Positions 1 through 11,530 of a DNA stretch of 43,561 bases are shown one piece after another (the first letter of the stretch is position 1; the number at the start of each line of letters is the position of its first letter). The DNA is from Octopus bimaculoides (Eukaryota). The stretch spans positions 43,759,169 through 43,802,729 of the forward strand of contig NC_068985.1 in assembly GCF_001194135.2 (NCBI RefSeq). Reading direction: 5' to 3'. The position numbers were made by a program, and so were the translations under genes. The notes beneath the pieces were generated by a model. That model worked only from the letters and a program-made list of their open reading frames with translations, was not told where the DNA came from and made no database searches.

Positions 1-74
1 ATATCACAAACATATTTTAACTAACCTAGAGTTCACTTATGCCTAAACACTGCTTAGCGTTGACACTGCTGAAT

Positions 75-290
75 ACATACACACAAACACACACACATAC
101 ATACATACACACATGCATATATACATATATACACATACATACAAAAACTATAAAGACAGACAAACATACACACATACATACATACATATAAACACTCATA
201 TACATACATACATACATACACATACACACCTATACACATACATACATACATACATACATACATACATACATACATACATAAAAACACACA
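75..290. repeat. Compound (CA)n/(TACA)n microsatellite
   Basis: Directly visible; explains ORFs 26..229, 54..287 and 113..304. Confidence 0.95.
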
Positions 291-657
291 GAGAATATTT
301 ATGAATCTGTGAGTGTGTGTATAATAATAAGCGAGACTCTGGATAACTAAAGACCTCGTGGACGTAGGAGATACATTGAAAAAAAAAATGAAAACGAGGA
401 CTTAAATTCATTTCATATACAACATGTGACCTAAGGAAAACATTACTTATACCTTTATGGTGATGTTCAGAAAACACGGGAACATCAAAGAGTAAATATA
501 ACAAATAATATAATCGAGAGATGAAAAAAGGTGAAATTGTCAAAAAAAAAAAAAAAAAAAAAAAAAAATGGATCGTACATGATTTGTTGATTAAAAAACA
601 TAAGTAAAAAAAAAAAAGAAAAAGCTGATGCATAAAGTACAACTAGCCGTTACTCAC

Positions 658-706
658 GAAGCAGTATGATAAGATGTACCATACTTCTGTTAACTGTATC
701 AGGTAC
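658..706 (-). CDS. Candidate 49-nt internal exon of an unidentified host gene
   Basis: On the minus strand it is flanked by ...ctatacAG and a strong GTGAGTAA donor. Two of three frames are open (VPDTVNRSMVHLIILL or YLIQLTEVWYILSYCF). No homologue recognised. Confidence 0.3.
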
Positions 707-729
707 CTGTATAGTCAGTTACAAAGACA

Positions 730-973
730 TACTCTCCTGGGCCCCTCGACCTTCACCCAGCTGAGCATCCAGGATGTGGTAGCTAGTGGTATATCCAGGA
801 TGTGGTAGCTAGATGGGTGCACCAATATCTGGTTTGTGCACATTACAGCAGACTAGACAAGATCAACGTGAAATGGACTGCATCGCTTAAGGACATACTG
901 CACTACCAAGTCCAGATATCGAACCTCTACCTTATATAAGCCGGGCACCCTAACCACAAGGCCACGCACCTTC
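730..973 (-). mobile_element. Degenerate tRNA-derived SINE (family S3)
   Basis: Minus-strand head GAAGGTGCGTGGCCTTGTGGTTAGG...GGTTCGAT (A/B-box-like), similar to the 40398-40747 copy. Internal 20-bp direct repeat at 767-786 and 793-812. Confidence 0.6.
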
Positions 974-1049
974 ATTGAGACATAAAAGTCAGGTCCAAAA
1001 TAAAGATTAAATCATATTAACAATTTTTTCAGCCATGGAACAAAGAAGA

Positions 1050-3100
1050 AGCTGAGATCCCAGAGAGGCAAACAAACGGCGTGTAGCATGAGCGGAGTTT
1101 ATTAAACACCACACAGGAAGTCAGATTGCAGATGCAACAGCAGCAAAGCGAGATGAAGATGTTGAAAGTCATCATCTGAGACGATGACTTTCCCTGGAGT
1201 TACCTTAAAAAACTAAGATTAGAAAACAGCAAGATAGAAGAAGACATACGAGAACATTTGAGATAACTGTTAATGAAGAAAGAGAAACTATCGGAGCGCG
1301 AGCAAAACAAAGTAGCAACACAACTGCAAAAGGAAACTAAAGAACACAGGTAAAGAAGAATAGGAGAAATGAGGTAAAGAATGACAGCAAGAGTTTCTAA
1401 TGAGAGTCTGGAACAAAGAAATATTTTTAAAATGAGGTTGTAAGACTAAGAGTTGGTACAAGATTACAGCATATTACTGAAGAACACAAAACAAGAAGAA
1501 TAGATAACTTAAGACAAAAAGCTTAAACGATATTATGAGATGATATTCAAGAACAGAGAAGTGCGAGGCATAGAAACGAAAGAATATGCGCCGGTGAAGG
1601 AAGAGAAAATGAAACAGATGATGATAGAAATGGCATATTTCACAATGGTTTCAAATTTTGGCACAAACTCAGCAATTTCGGGGAGGGAATAAGTCGATTA
1701 CATCGACCCCAGTGCTCAACTGGTACTTATTTCATCGACTTCGAAAGAATGAAAGGCAAAGTCCACCTCGGTTGAATTTGAACTCAGAACGCGAAGATGG
1801 ACGAAATGCCGCAAAGCATTTTGTCCGCCGCGCTAACGATTCTGCCAGCTCGCCGCCTTCAGTGGCATATTTCATAATGTTGAGAACAAGAAGTAAACAC
1901 GGCTTGACAGAATGCTGTACCTAAATAATTTTAACAGATTCTGAAAGAAATACTGCGCCAGCCAGGTCATTCCCATTATTCTTGGAATTATTACCATAAG
2001 TTTAAGAACAGCATTAGACTTTATATAGATCGGCACTGTGGTTTATTTCAATGGAAGCTCAAAATGTAAACCAAAATTGCTGGCCTCGTGCCTATTACTG
2101 AGAGGATTATTACTGTATGTAAAAAGCGTTACAAACTATGAAGATACTTCCACTTAAGACGGTATCGCTCATAACAATTTTAAAGCTGCAGCTGAAAATA
2201 GATATTTGCAAAATAAATACGGGGAAATAGGTGCGATGTATATCAGAAGTAGTAAAACTTGGGATATTTCTCTAACTGAGAGATCTGTTAACCATTATAG
2301 ACGTCAAAAATATACCGAGTGATCCTCTGTCCCTTCTAGCAATTTGAGCAGCATTTTATTCTGGAATTCATAAAAGAGTGGTAAAAAGAGCCCCCAAATA
2401 GCGCACAGCATGATAGTCATCAAACGCCTATTATTCACGGTCTATTCTGATACGACTTAGGATTACCGAGATGTACACTAATTTGTAATGATGACAGAGT
2501 AATGAAGTTCACGTGGAGAATGCTGTTGATGTTGGCATTAAAATACATTAATTGATTTGTAACGTCGCGCATCAGTGACATAGAAATTTTATATTATGAG
2601 ATTGCTGAGTATTAGCTCTCGTTTCATGATGGTCCCGGAGGTTCAGGTAAAACATACCCGTACAACATATAGTATATTAGTAGGTATGCGGTAAGAATGT
2701 TTTCTCTTGCATATGGTATTACTGTTGATTCGCTAAAGGGCAACATGATAATTCGCGTAAGGTTTCGTCTTCCCGTACCCAACCTAGAAAATTTTCAAAG
2801 AATAAAAAAATGCTACTCTGATGTTACTGTCTGAAGCGGCAGTGTTGTCTGTGGACGCTCCACATATAATGAACATTCCATCGAAAACAATAATGGGGGA
2901 AAATAATCTATTAGGAATAAACTTTCTTATTGTTTAATGAAACTTTTATCGAACAGTGTGCATAGTCCCAAGAACTTCCAACACAGACATAATAGATAAT
3001 TATATCAAACAATTATCATTTGAAAATATTGAAGATTATCAGACTCTTCACCAACATGATATCACAGTAATGCAGCATTCAGTGGTTGCCATAGATATCA
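1050..3100 (+). mobile_element. Highly decayed Helitron RepHel remnant (N-terminal E-x-R repeats plus PIF1-like helicase)
   Basis: Manual translation gives Walker A FHDGPGGSGKT (2622-2654), then ...YGITVDSLKG...RFRLPV, LLLYVKSVTNYED..DGIAHNNFKAAAE, IVPRTSNTDII and IRLFTNM, all matching Helitron helicase blocks. Region 1300-1650 has ETKEHR/EEHKTRR/QEQRSAR/ETDDDR repeats. Many stops and frameshifts. Confidence 0.8.
1646..1860 (-). mobile_element. tRNA-derived SINE (family S1) with 17-bp TSD
   Basis: Head GAAGGCGGCGAGCTGGCAGAA..GAGTTCAAATT, end AATTTGAAACCA. TSD TGGCATATTTCA(C/T)AATG at 1631-1647 and 1863-1879. Homologous copies elsewhere in the window. Confidence 0.9.
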
Positions 3101-4149
3101 ACTTAACTGTGTTTGCTCGCCGTTAGTTATTTCGAAGATGGGAGACCGACTGGCTGATGCTTTGTCCTTGATTTGGTTGGCGAGAGCCGAGTTATATTCT
3201 TTTCGAATTCCATCAGAACTCTGTTTGATTTTTAGCGCTAAACTGTTTGAGCGGAGAAAAGAGCACATATCTCAAGAACGTTTGAGATGGTGTTCTATCT
3301 GGTGTCATGATCTCCGGCACACTGACAGGCCAATAAATAGTGTGTTCAGGTGAAAATCGCATGCTCCAAATGTAGCTCACTCACAATAGTGAACTGAAAA
3401 TTAAGCGAAAGGGTTTCAAATCCCTACAGATGTATGGAAACTGTAAGTAAGGATTATGATTTAGTATAAACACTGAAATACCATTAAAAAATGACTGAAT
3501 CTAATGGTTTTTGCTTTAAGATGGAATAAAACATTTTTTTCTCACAGGTATAATATCGTTATATAAATTGTGTTTGTCAAATGTGAAAAGTAATATTATT
3601 ACGAGACTTAAAATAATATTTGCTTAATTACTTCATTATTTAGGATATTTAAATGAAGTAAGATTTTCCTGTGATATTTTTATTCTAGCAAAAATTGTGA
3701 CTCTTTCTGCGACATTTTTTTTATATTCCGTGACTTTATTTAACTTCTCAGTTGTAGATTCTAATCAAAATTCATTTACGGGTTTAATATCATATGTACC
3801 AAGATCCATAAATAGGTTTACCATTCACTTCAGATTAACTGAGACGATCTCGGTTTTCATCCTTTGTCTTGACATACCAGGCTGCTCAGTTTATCTCGGG
3901 AGAGTTTGAAACAGTGACGAAGTTTTAAAACTTCATGAGAATTTGAGAGATTATATTTCATCATTTTGGGACTTAAGTACTTAATCATACATCATAAATC
4001 GGTGACTAGAGTATATGTTACTATGTTATGGGCACAAGGCACCAGCAGTAAGGTAGTTGACTTGAGAGGGAAAGAGAGAGAGGGAGAGAGAGGGNNNNNN
4101 NNNNAGGGGGAGAGAGAGGGGGGGAGAGAGAGAGAGAAATACAAATAAT

Positions 4150-4920
4150 AAGGACAAAGAAAGAAACAAAGCTGATACTAAGACAAAAAAAGGGGAGTAA
4201 GTAAGACAGGGGTAGGTCAGGACACGTTACAATAGTAATGTAGTTAAAAAATAAAGGGTCCGAGTTTCCTTTGAAATAAACGGCACAAAATCAACAGTAC
4301 AACTGTAGAGAACTAACTTAACATCTTAATTTTAGGATGTCAACGATAATAGTTATTTTTAATACGCGCCTGGAAAATATTTTCTCCTCTATCTTCACAT
4401 GATGAAAATTACGATATTCTTTGGGGTATGAGAATAGCTTCGAAATACAATGGCTGTTGTTCAGATCCATGTCAGCTCTGGTCGTATGGATGGTCAAGGC
4501 TATTTCAGTCATGACCATCCTATCATTTATTCAGACTTGGTGTATCTAAGACTATATCATTTAACGTGTTCTTTGTTGTTGTTTCTGTTAAGAGCAGTCC
4601 TGATCCGAGGACAAAAAGGACATTAAGGAATAACGGTGATATAACAACACCGAACCCAATACAGAATTTCTTTTGCTGCCACCGTAACCGAGTCTGCCTT
4701 TACTTGTATTGACGTCGTTAACCACCAGCAAACCTGCTTTCGAAATAGACAGCCCCTTCAAACGAATTTTCACCACAAAGTTAAGTTCTAACGAGAGTAA
4801 AGTATATGACATCCGAGACTGCTCATTTGTGCTCTTAAGCTGAACAAACGATATGGGATAAAATATTTTTGCCTTTTGCTGAAATGACAAAGGACGGGCT
4901 CTTAGTAATGGGTAACGAGT
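4150..4920 (-). mobile_element. Older degenerate Tx1-like ORF2 C-terminal/3' UTR remnant (unit D)
   Basis: Minus frames give TVAAKEILYWVR and YRNFHHVKIEEKIFSRR, resembling VAIAEEAVWKTR and KVRLERRCLSEKMFNDRW of the adjacent element. Heavily decayed. Confidence 0.4.
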
Positions 4921-5156
4921 CTGATTTTTTTATTGCCCACTAGGGGCTAACATAGAGAGGACAACATAATCTAATTTTGAGGTCAGATGAAAACGTATGT
5001 TACAACATTGAAATACGATTAAAAATTAAATAAAAAACATATACACGGGTGATAGGCAACACAAGAAACAAAACAGATGGAGTGATGGTTGAGTTAAGCT
5101 CCTGACTCCACGAGCCCCAGTCCACCACTGGTACCGGTGATAGACCTTTGTCATGT

Positions 5157-8100
5157 TCACGTGGTTACATTCATACGCAACACTCGTACCACATACTTCC
5201 ATCTATCGTTAAACATTTTCTCTGACAGGCATCTTCTCTCCAGTCTCACTTTCCTTTTCAGATGAAAAGCGAAATATCTTTGCAGACCGAGGCCTGTCGT
5301 CATTCCTTTCATTCTCGTCTTCCATACCGCCTCTTCCGCGATTGCAACTACTATGAGAAAACAATTCTTACCTTCTTTCGTCAGGAAATCAGGTGGGTCA
5401 ATTTTTAAAATCGACTCAGACGATAGCTGTACTCTTCCTGTACCAGACAACAGATGTTCCGCATAAGCCCACACCTCCGACACCTCTGAACACTGAACAA
5501 TAGCGTGCAAGACGGTTTCCCTTTCCTGCCCGCATCTTGGACAGGTCGATGTGTTGCATTGACCATGCCTTGTGAGCTAATCCTGAATGGGCAAGGCTTC
5601 TCGGTAACATTGCCAGGTCAAAGACTTTTGGAAATTATCCAGTGTCTTCGGCTCGAATGTCAGATTCAACCTCGACCAAACCACTATAGAAAAATGCGGT
5701 TGAACCATCACCGCTGGCATTGCCCGAGCGACGGAATAGCAGGAGTGCTTTGCGATACTCTGTACGTCATGTACCCAACTTAGATCTTCGATAGCACTAG
5801 GCTTCCCGTTCACCGAAACTAGTGAACTTGGGAAACGTCCGTTTTGCCAGCGGAGACCACACCCGTTCACCATCCAAGAGGAGCCAAAGATGCCTCAACC
5901 TCAGCGCATGTTTGCACATCATCAACCAAAGCATCCATAGTCCCCCCTTTAACGGTTTTTGACAGCAGATAGAAGTCTCACAAGTGGTTTCGAGCCCTTC
6001 CACAAAAGCGAAAGAGCTGTCTTTCCAACTTGGTCAACCACGAATCTGGGCAAGGAACGACGGTTAGGCGGTAAGTGATGACCGATGCGAGGAACACATT
6101 GGTTACCTCCGCCCTTCTTTTCAGGTATAGTCCCCGCCCAGACCAGGTCTTGGTTATGTGGTCGACCCAGCTCGAAACCTCAGACCAGTTCTTTTCTACC
6201 TGGAGATCTGGGTCAAACCAGACTCCTAGCAACTTAACCGGGCCCTCCGTCCAACGTTCCACGACGCTGATNNNNNNNNNNNNNNNNNNNNNNNNNNNNN
6301 NNNNNNNNNNNNNNNNNNNNNNNNNNNNNNNNNNNNNNNNNNNNNNNNNNNNNNNNNNNNNNNNNNNNNNNNNNNNNNNNNNNNNNNNNNNNNNNNNNNN
6401 NNNNNNNNNNNNNNNNNNNNNNNNNNNNNNNNNNNNNNNNNNNNNNNNNNNNNNNNNNNNNNNNNNNNNNNNNNNNNNNNNNNNNNNNNNNNNNNNNNNN
6501 NNNNNNNNNNNNNNNNNNNNNNNNNNNNNNNNNNNNNNNNNNNNNNNNNNNNNNNNNNNNNNNNNNNNNNNNNNNNNNNNNNNNNNNNNNNNNNNNNNNN
6601 NNNNNNNNNNNNNNNNNNNNNNNNNNNNNNNNNNNNNNNNNNNNNNNNNNNNNNNNNNNNNNNNNNNNNNNNNNNNNNNNNNNNNNNNNNNNNNNNNNNN
6701 NNNNNNNNNNNNNNNNNNNNNNNNNNNNNNNNNNNNNNNNNNNNNNNNNNNNNNNNNNNNNNNNNNNNNNNNNNNNNNNNNNNNNNNNNNNNNNNNNNNN
6801 NNNNNNNNNNNNNNNNNNNNTTGCTAGCATCTTGGCCAAAATCTTCAACTCTGTGTTTAGCAGAGTGATGGGCCGGAAATTATCTATACAATCCTTCTTG
6901 TCAGGGTCCTTTCTGATCAGTGTCACCACTCCTCAGCGCACAGATTTAGGAATAAACCGATTCTGTTGCCACTTCTTGTACACACTGGCCAGCAGGTGCC
7001 CGAACAAGTTTGGCATACACTTATACAACTCGTAGGGTAGACCATCCAGTCCCGGTGACTTACCTACGCCACAGTCTGCTATAGCCTCAATTGCTTTCTC
7101 AGGTGTGATTGGCCCTTCACAAGACTCCGTATCCTGCCCAGAGTGGCGCGGTAGCCTGGTGAGGAAGTTCATTAGATCACTCCCACTATCCGGTTCATCA
7201 ACCCCACCGGAAAGCTGGGCGAAGTGCTCCTGAAAGGCTTCACATATCTCCTCGTGCTCATTTATCAACTCACCTTGATGGTTCACCAAAGATCGAACTG
7301 TGAAATTATTTCCGCGTTGAACTTCCACCACTCGGGCCCATCCAGCGGCCCTGATTCCCTCGCAACCCACTGCACGTAGTCTAACCCTGACAATGCACCC
7401 TATGTTCTTGGCTTCGTGGTGCTGTTTTAGTTCCAGTCTCTTCGCCTTCACCTGGGTTGAACTGCCAGTCCTCATGGTTTCCTCTAAAGCCTTAACTAAA
7501 CTCTGTTCCTGCCTACGTTCACTAGCCACTAAACCTATGATATATCTAATAAACTCGAATTTAATGGCTCGTTTGAGGGCATACCACCGTTTGTTATTAA
7601 TGATGGCTCCTGTTAACGCCCTCTGTATTAACTTAATCCACTTTCTGTACTCCTCAGTCGCCAAAAAGGGAAGTATTGAGTTTCCAGTAGCCAGATCCTT
7701 GACTATATACTTTATCTAGGTTCAACTCACAAGTGACCAACTTATGATCACTGTAGCTGACCAGATAAAACTGTGGACACTTAGCTATGTTCTTGTCTGC
7801 TATTCTAATTAAAATCTTATCCACAAGGAGTGTTCGGGTGTTCCATCCTATATGGATCTACTAGCTGAAAACGACTTAACAGTTCCCAGAAGCTAATATT
7901 ACTTCTATCTGGTCGCGAGCCAACACAATCTACGCGTGCGTCGCAGATTGTGTTAAAGTCTCCTAATAAAACTAGTGAATGTGACGTACCCAGAAACTTC
8001 TCTAGGTCACGAAAATACTCACTTTGACTGGAATTGGGTGCATAAATCGCAACCAGTCTGATCGTGTTACTACAACTAAATGTCAAGTCCATAACGACCA

Positions 8101-8376
8101 GCCTACCTTCTGGATCAGAAAGAAAAATAATCAACCTTTTCTCTGAAACCCGGTTTCTTTTTGATAGGGTTGACCTGGAGAAATGAATTTCTTGTAGCCT
8201 CCCAGCAACGGGAGCAGATCTCTTGGCTCCTTTAACCAGGTTTCTGTAGCTACAATAACATCCAAATTGCGTGACCTGATGTCATTTAGGAAGCGCCCTT
8301 GCTTCCAACTCGACGACAGGCCACGCACATTTAAACAACCAACGTGAACTGACATAAGTTTTACCTTTCTATTCAT
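5157..8376 (-). pseudogene. ORF2 (APE endonuclease plus reverse transcriptase) of unit C, frameshifted; RT core partly in an N-gap
   Basis: Motifs GCLNVRGL, VIVATETW, AIYAPN, LLGDFN, SDH, GYWKLN, KSPGLDGLPYELY, NFRPITLLNTELKILAK, VKLLGVWF and C-terminal ERRCLSEKMFNDRW. Confidence 0.93.
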
Positions 8377-8530
8377 TGGAAGGGGGTGAAGGGGTCTCCA
8401 CCTCTTCTCTTTTCCGGGCTCGCGGGACTGGAGGAGGTAGGCCCTCGAAAATTGTAGGTGAAAAATCTTTTCGTAGAGGGCCTACATCTTTTCTATAGTC
8501 ACTGCTTAGAATATTATAATTTAAGTCTAT

Positions 8531-9596
8531 TCAGTAACTGTCGTAGTTTATGTATTTATCGGATAATTCCTCAATTCGTTTGGCATTCTTAATAATCTTC
8601 AACCGATTTATTAGTGTATTGTTGTCTGTTTTTACCGCTACTAGGTTATCTTCTGTCTTTTTCCTCCTAACAACTTTTTTCTTGGTTTTCTTGTCAGCTA
8701 CCTTCGTTGGGGAGGTTGGATGGATTTTTCTTTTTCCATTATTCTCCCCTTGGTTGCTGCTTACGTCTTCCATTTCTTTTGCTTCTTTCTCTTCCTCCTC
8801 TTCATCTTCATCATCTTTCCGGGGAGGGTTGCATTCTGCGCATACGTGTCCCAGCTTTCCACATTTGAAGCACCACGATTTTCGGTCTTCCACGAACACT
8901 ATCAGACTCTCCTCCCCTATTTCAATAGTCTTTGGTATTTCTTCTAAAGTTTGTGGCTGTCTGTATTAACATGTTCAATGTCTGGCCTTGCCAGTTTTGT
9001 TTTTCCGTGACAGAGGCTTGGAGGAGTGTGATCTTCTTCAAGTCCACTGTCACAGCCGCCACCAGCCAGGCTGCATCCACTTCTTGAGGAATTTTAGTTA
9101 TTCTCACTTTGGAGGTTCTCCTCCCCCCATATACATTGGGGGGAGAATTACCTCGTCTGTTTTTAATGTTTCTATCGAATGGATTTGAGCCTTTTCTTCA
9201 CTCACCACTCGAACTTCCACTGTGTCAAATCGTTTGCCTCTCGTGTTCTTCAAACATTTCTATATTGTTTCTTCCTGCACTTTTTCTATTTTCTTTGTCT
9301 TAATATTAAACATTTTATATATAATTATTTTCCCTTTTTCGGCTTCCATTATTTTCTTTGGTGGAATTATTTCCACTTTTGTATCATCTTTTAAAAACAT
9401 TTTTATACTTTAAAAGTTCACTTTTCTCAGTTGAGATTTTCCTTGTTTTCCCCCCGGTTGCCATGGTGAAACTTTTCTTTTCAGTTGGAGTCACACTTAG
9501 CTCTCCACTTTTTACACTTGGGACATCAATATTCCTTTTCACACATATTTTTTTCTTTTTAAGGAGTTTTGTCTTCATTTTTTCTTGGCGATACAA
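8531..9596 (-). pseudogene. ORF1 (gag-like, single CCHC zinc knuckle) of unit C
   Basis: CFKCGKLGHVCAEC knuckle. Upstream blocks IIIYKMFNIK, FDTVEVR and RRTSKVRITKIPQEVDAAWLVAAV are homologous to units A and B. Confidence 0.85.
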
Positions 9597-9996
9597 CCGG
9601 AGATAAGACCGGTGAGACCGGTTAGATAGGCGAAAGAAATGGGAATTCTTTTTCGTAATCCATTACGAAAATTGGCGAACACGCCAACTACACAAAATTT
9701 TGTTCACAGGCTTATCGCCGCACAAAATTTTTTTTTTTCTTCACACAATTCAAGTAATTCCCTCCTCCCCGCGGGAGAATTAGTAATAAAATGCTTCAAA
9801 CAAGCAAAAAATAATTCAACAGTTCTAACAATGCAATAACTATAAATTCAACAATACTTTAACAATCTTACCTTATTAAACAGAGCCGAATATATCAAAA
9901 ACAAGCCAAACATAAAAAAAAACACATTCTTTTTGTCTTAGTAAAGTAGGAGTGTGCAAAGCTTTATAATTTGCAAGAGTGAATGAAAGCACTTTG

Positions 9997-11527
9997 TTTC
10001 TTTATTGCCCACAAGGGGCCAATGAAGAGGGGACAATACAAAGACATGTGGGGACATAGAACAAACGAAACAAAGTAAAAATATCAAAAACGTATGTTAC
10101 AAGATGAATGATAAATGAAAATGAAAAAAATGTAATGAAGCTACTCGGCCCCACCTAAACCTCGTTCCTTCTAAAATAGCTATCTTGTACTCTCTCATGA
10201 GTTCCATGTATTCCTTACAATCCAGCATCCCTTCTTTATCTATATTCACTCTCCAAATGGTGAATCCATACTTATACCTTTCTATATCTGCCTTCCGCTC
10301 CTCCGAAATCAACATAAATACTCCCTCTTCACATAATCCTCGTCCATTTTAATAAATGCTGTGTCCTTCCAATACCATGATTCTGCGAGCAGTTCCCGGT
10401 TTGAGTCATCTATCATGCACGCAAAGCAATTCTTTCGTTTGGCCNNNNNNNNNNNNNNNNNNNAATTGGTATTGTAGTTAGAACCGTACTGTTTTTGTTT
10501 TCCTTCTTCCACTTATTATTTTCCACGTTTCTTCCTTGGTCAATATTTCTTCCTCTTTTTCGGTCATCTCCACTGGTTCTTATGATTTCTCTGTTTATTC
10601 CTCCGTTGTTCTCTTGGGCGGTGAAGGACAGTCCACTCTAATGTGGTGTTTCTTGGCTACATTTATAACATCGAGGGATTCTGCCCTCCACCTTAACTCA
10701 TTTCCACTTCATCTAACAATCATTTCTGTCATTTTTTCCAGAGTTTCTATCGGTGCTTTTATCGTCATTTCTAACGTTTTTCCCTTTCACATTTCACAGT
10801 TTGTACCTGTGATCTAGAGCACCGTCATATCGTCCTCGTTTCCTTTGAGGACTGCAGTTGCTATCCAGGTCACATCTATTTCTGGTGGTATTCCTTCAAC
10901 ACTGACCTTTGCTGCACGTCTACCCATGTAGGTGGGTAACAGCACCATGTCCTCGTCTTTTACATTTTTTGCTGCGTGTCTTATTACATTTTCTTCCTTT
11001 CTAAATCTTACTTCTGCCGTTCCAAATCTTGCTCCTCTCTTGATATATACGATGTCGTGCCACAAGGGCCTCAACACCTTTACCACTTGACTTGTGGTCA
11101 CAATGTCAAGCTTTCCTGCCTTTATTGAGAAAGTCTTGTAAATAATCGTTTTTGTTCTGATATCTTTTAATATTTCCTTCGGAGGGGACAATTCTACGTT
11201 GAAACCTTTTTGAACTTTTCCATTTTCTTTAAATCTATTTCTTCCTGTTGTCTTTTTGCCACATCTGCAAATCTTTTCTCTCCTATAACTCTTAACAGTT
11301 CGTCTTCAGAAGTCGACAACTCAGACCCACTAAGTCTGAATAAAACATTTTCTTCTTATCCATGGCTAACTTTTCTCATAAGAGGAGAGAAAGCACAAAC
11401 TGCCACAAGGCAGCACAATTCAATAAACAGAGTATTTAAAAACACTTACACAAAAATCAAACACAAAAATTTAACACGTCTTAACAGCAGCAAAACGACT
11501 CACCAACCAAAAGTGAATGAAAACACC
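9997..11527 (-). mobile_element. ORF1-only Tx1-related element, unit B (about 1.5 kb, putative non-autonomous)
   Basis: Has the 5' motif, an ATG at 11363, the ORF1 homologue, a knuckle C-YK-C-SQKH-H-IRVD-C (one frameshift), a C-terminal CFAC/WKD domain and the 3' motif at 10001-10018. No EN or RT. Confidence 0.8.
10097..11363 (-). pseudogene. Extended ORF1-like protein of unit B (frameshifted)
   Basis: ORF-track pieces 10814..11191, 10309..10512 and 10097..10315, plus manually read N-terminus (YSDL.GSELSTSEDE) and knuckle. Confidence 0.75.
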
Positions 11528-11530
11528 GGA

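Larger units (their letters stand above)
4925..9992 (-). mobile_element. Full-length (decayed) Tx1/L1-clade non-LTR retrotransposon, unit C
   Basis: 5' UTR of about 390 bp, ORF1 with CCHC knuckle, ORF2 with APE endonuclease and RT, and a 3' UTR ending CCCCTAGTGGGCAATAAA-A(n). Confidence 0.92.

Noticed and set aside
1000-1640. LTR-retrotransposon gag-like coiled coil
   Set aside because: No LTR, PBS, protease or integrase nearby; the repeats fit a Helitron N-terminus and are collinear with helicase motifs downstream.
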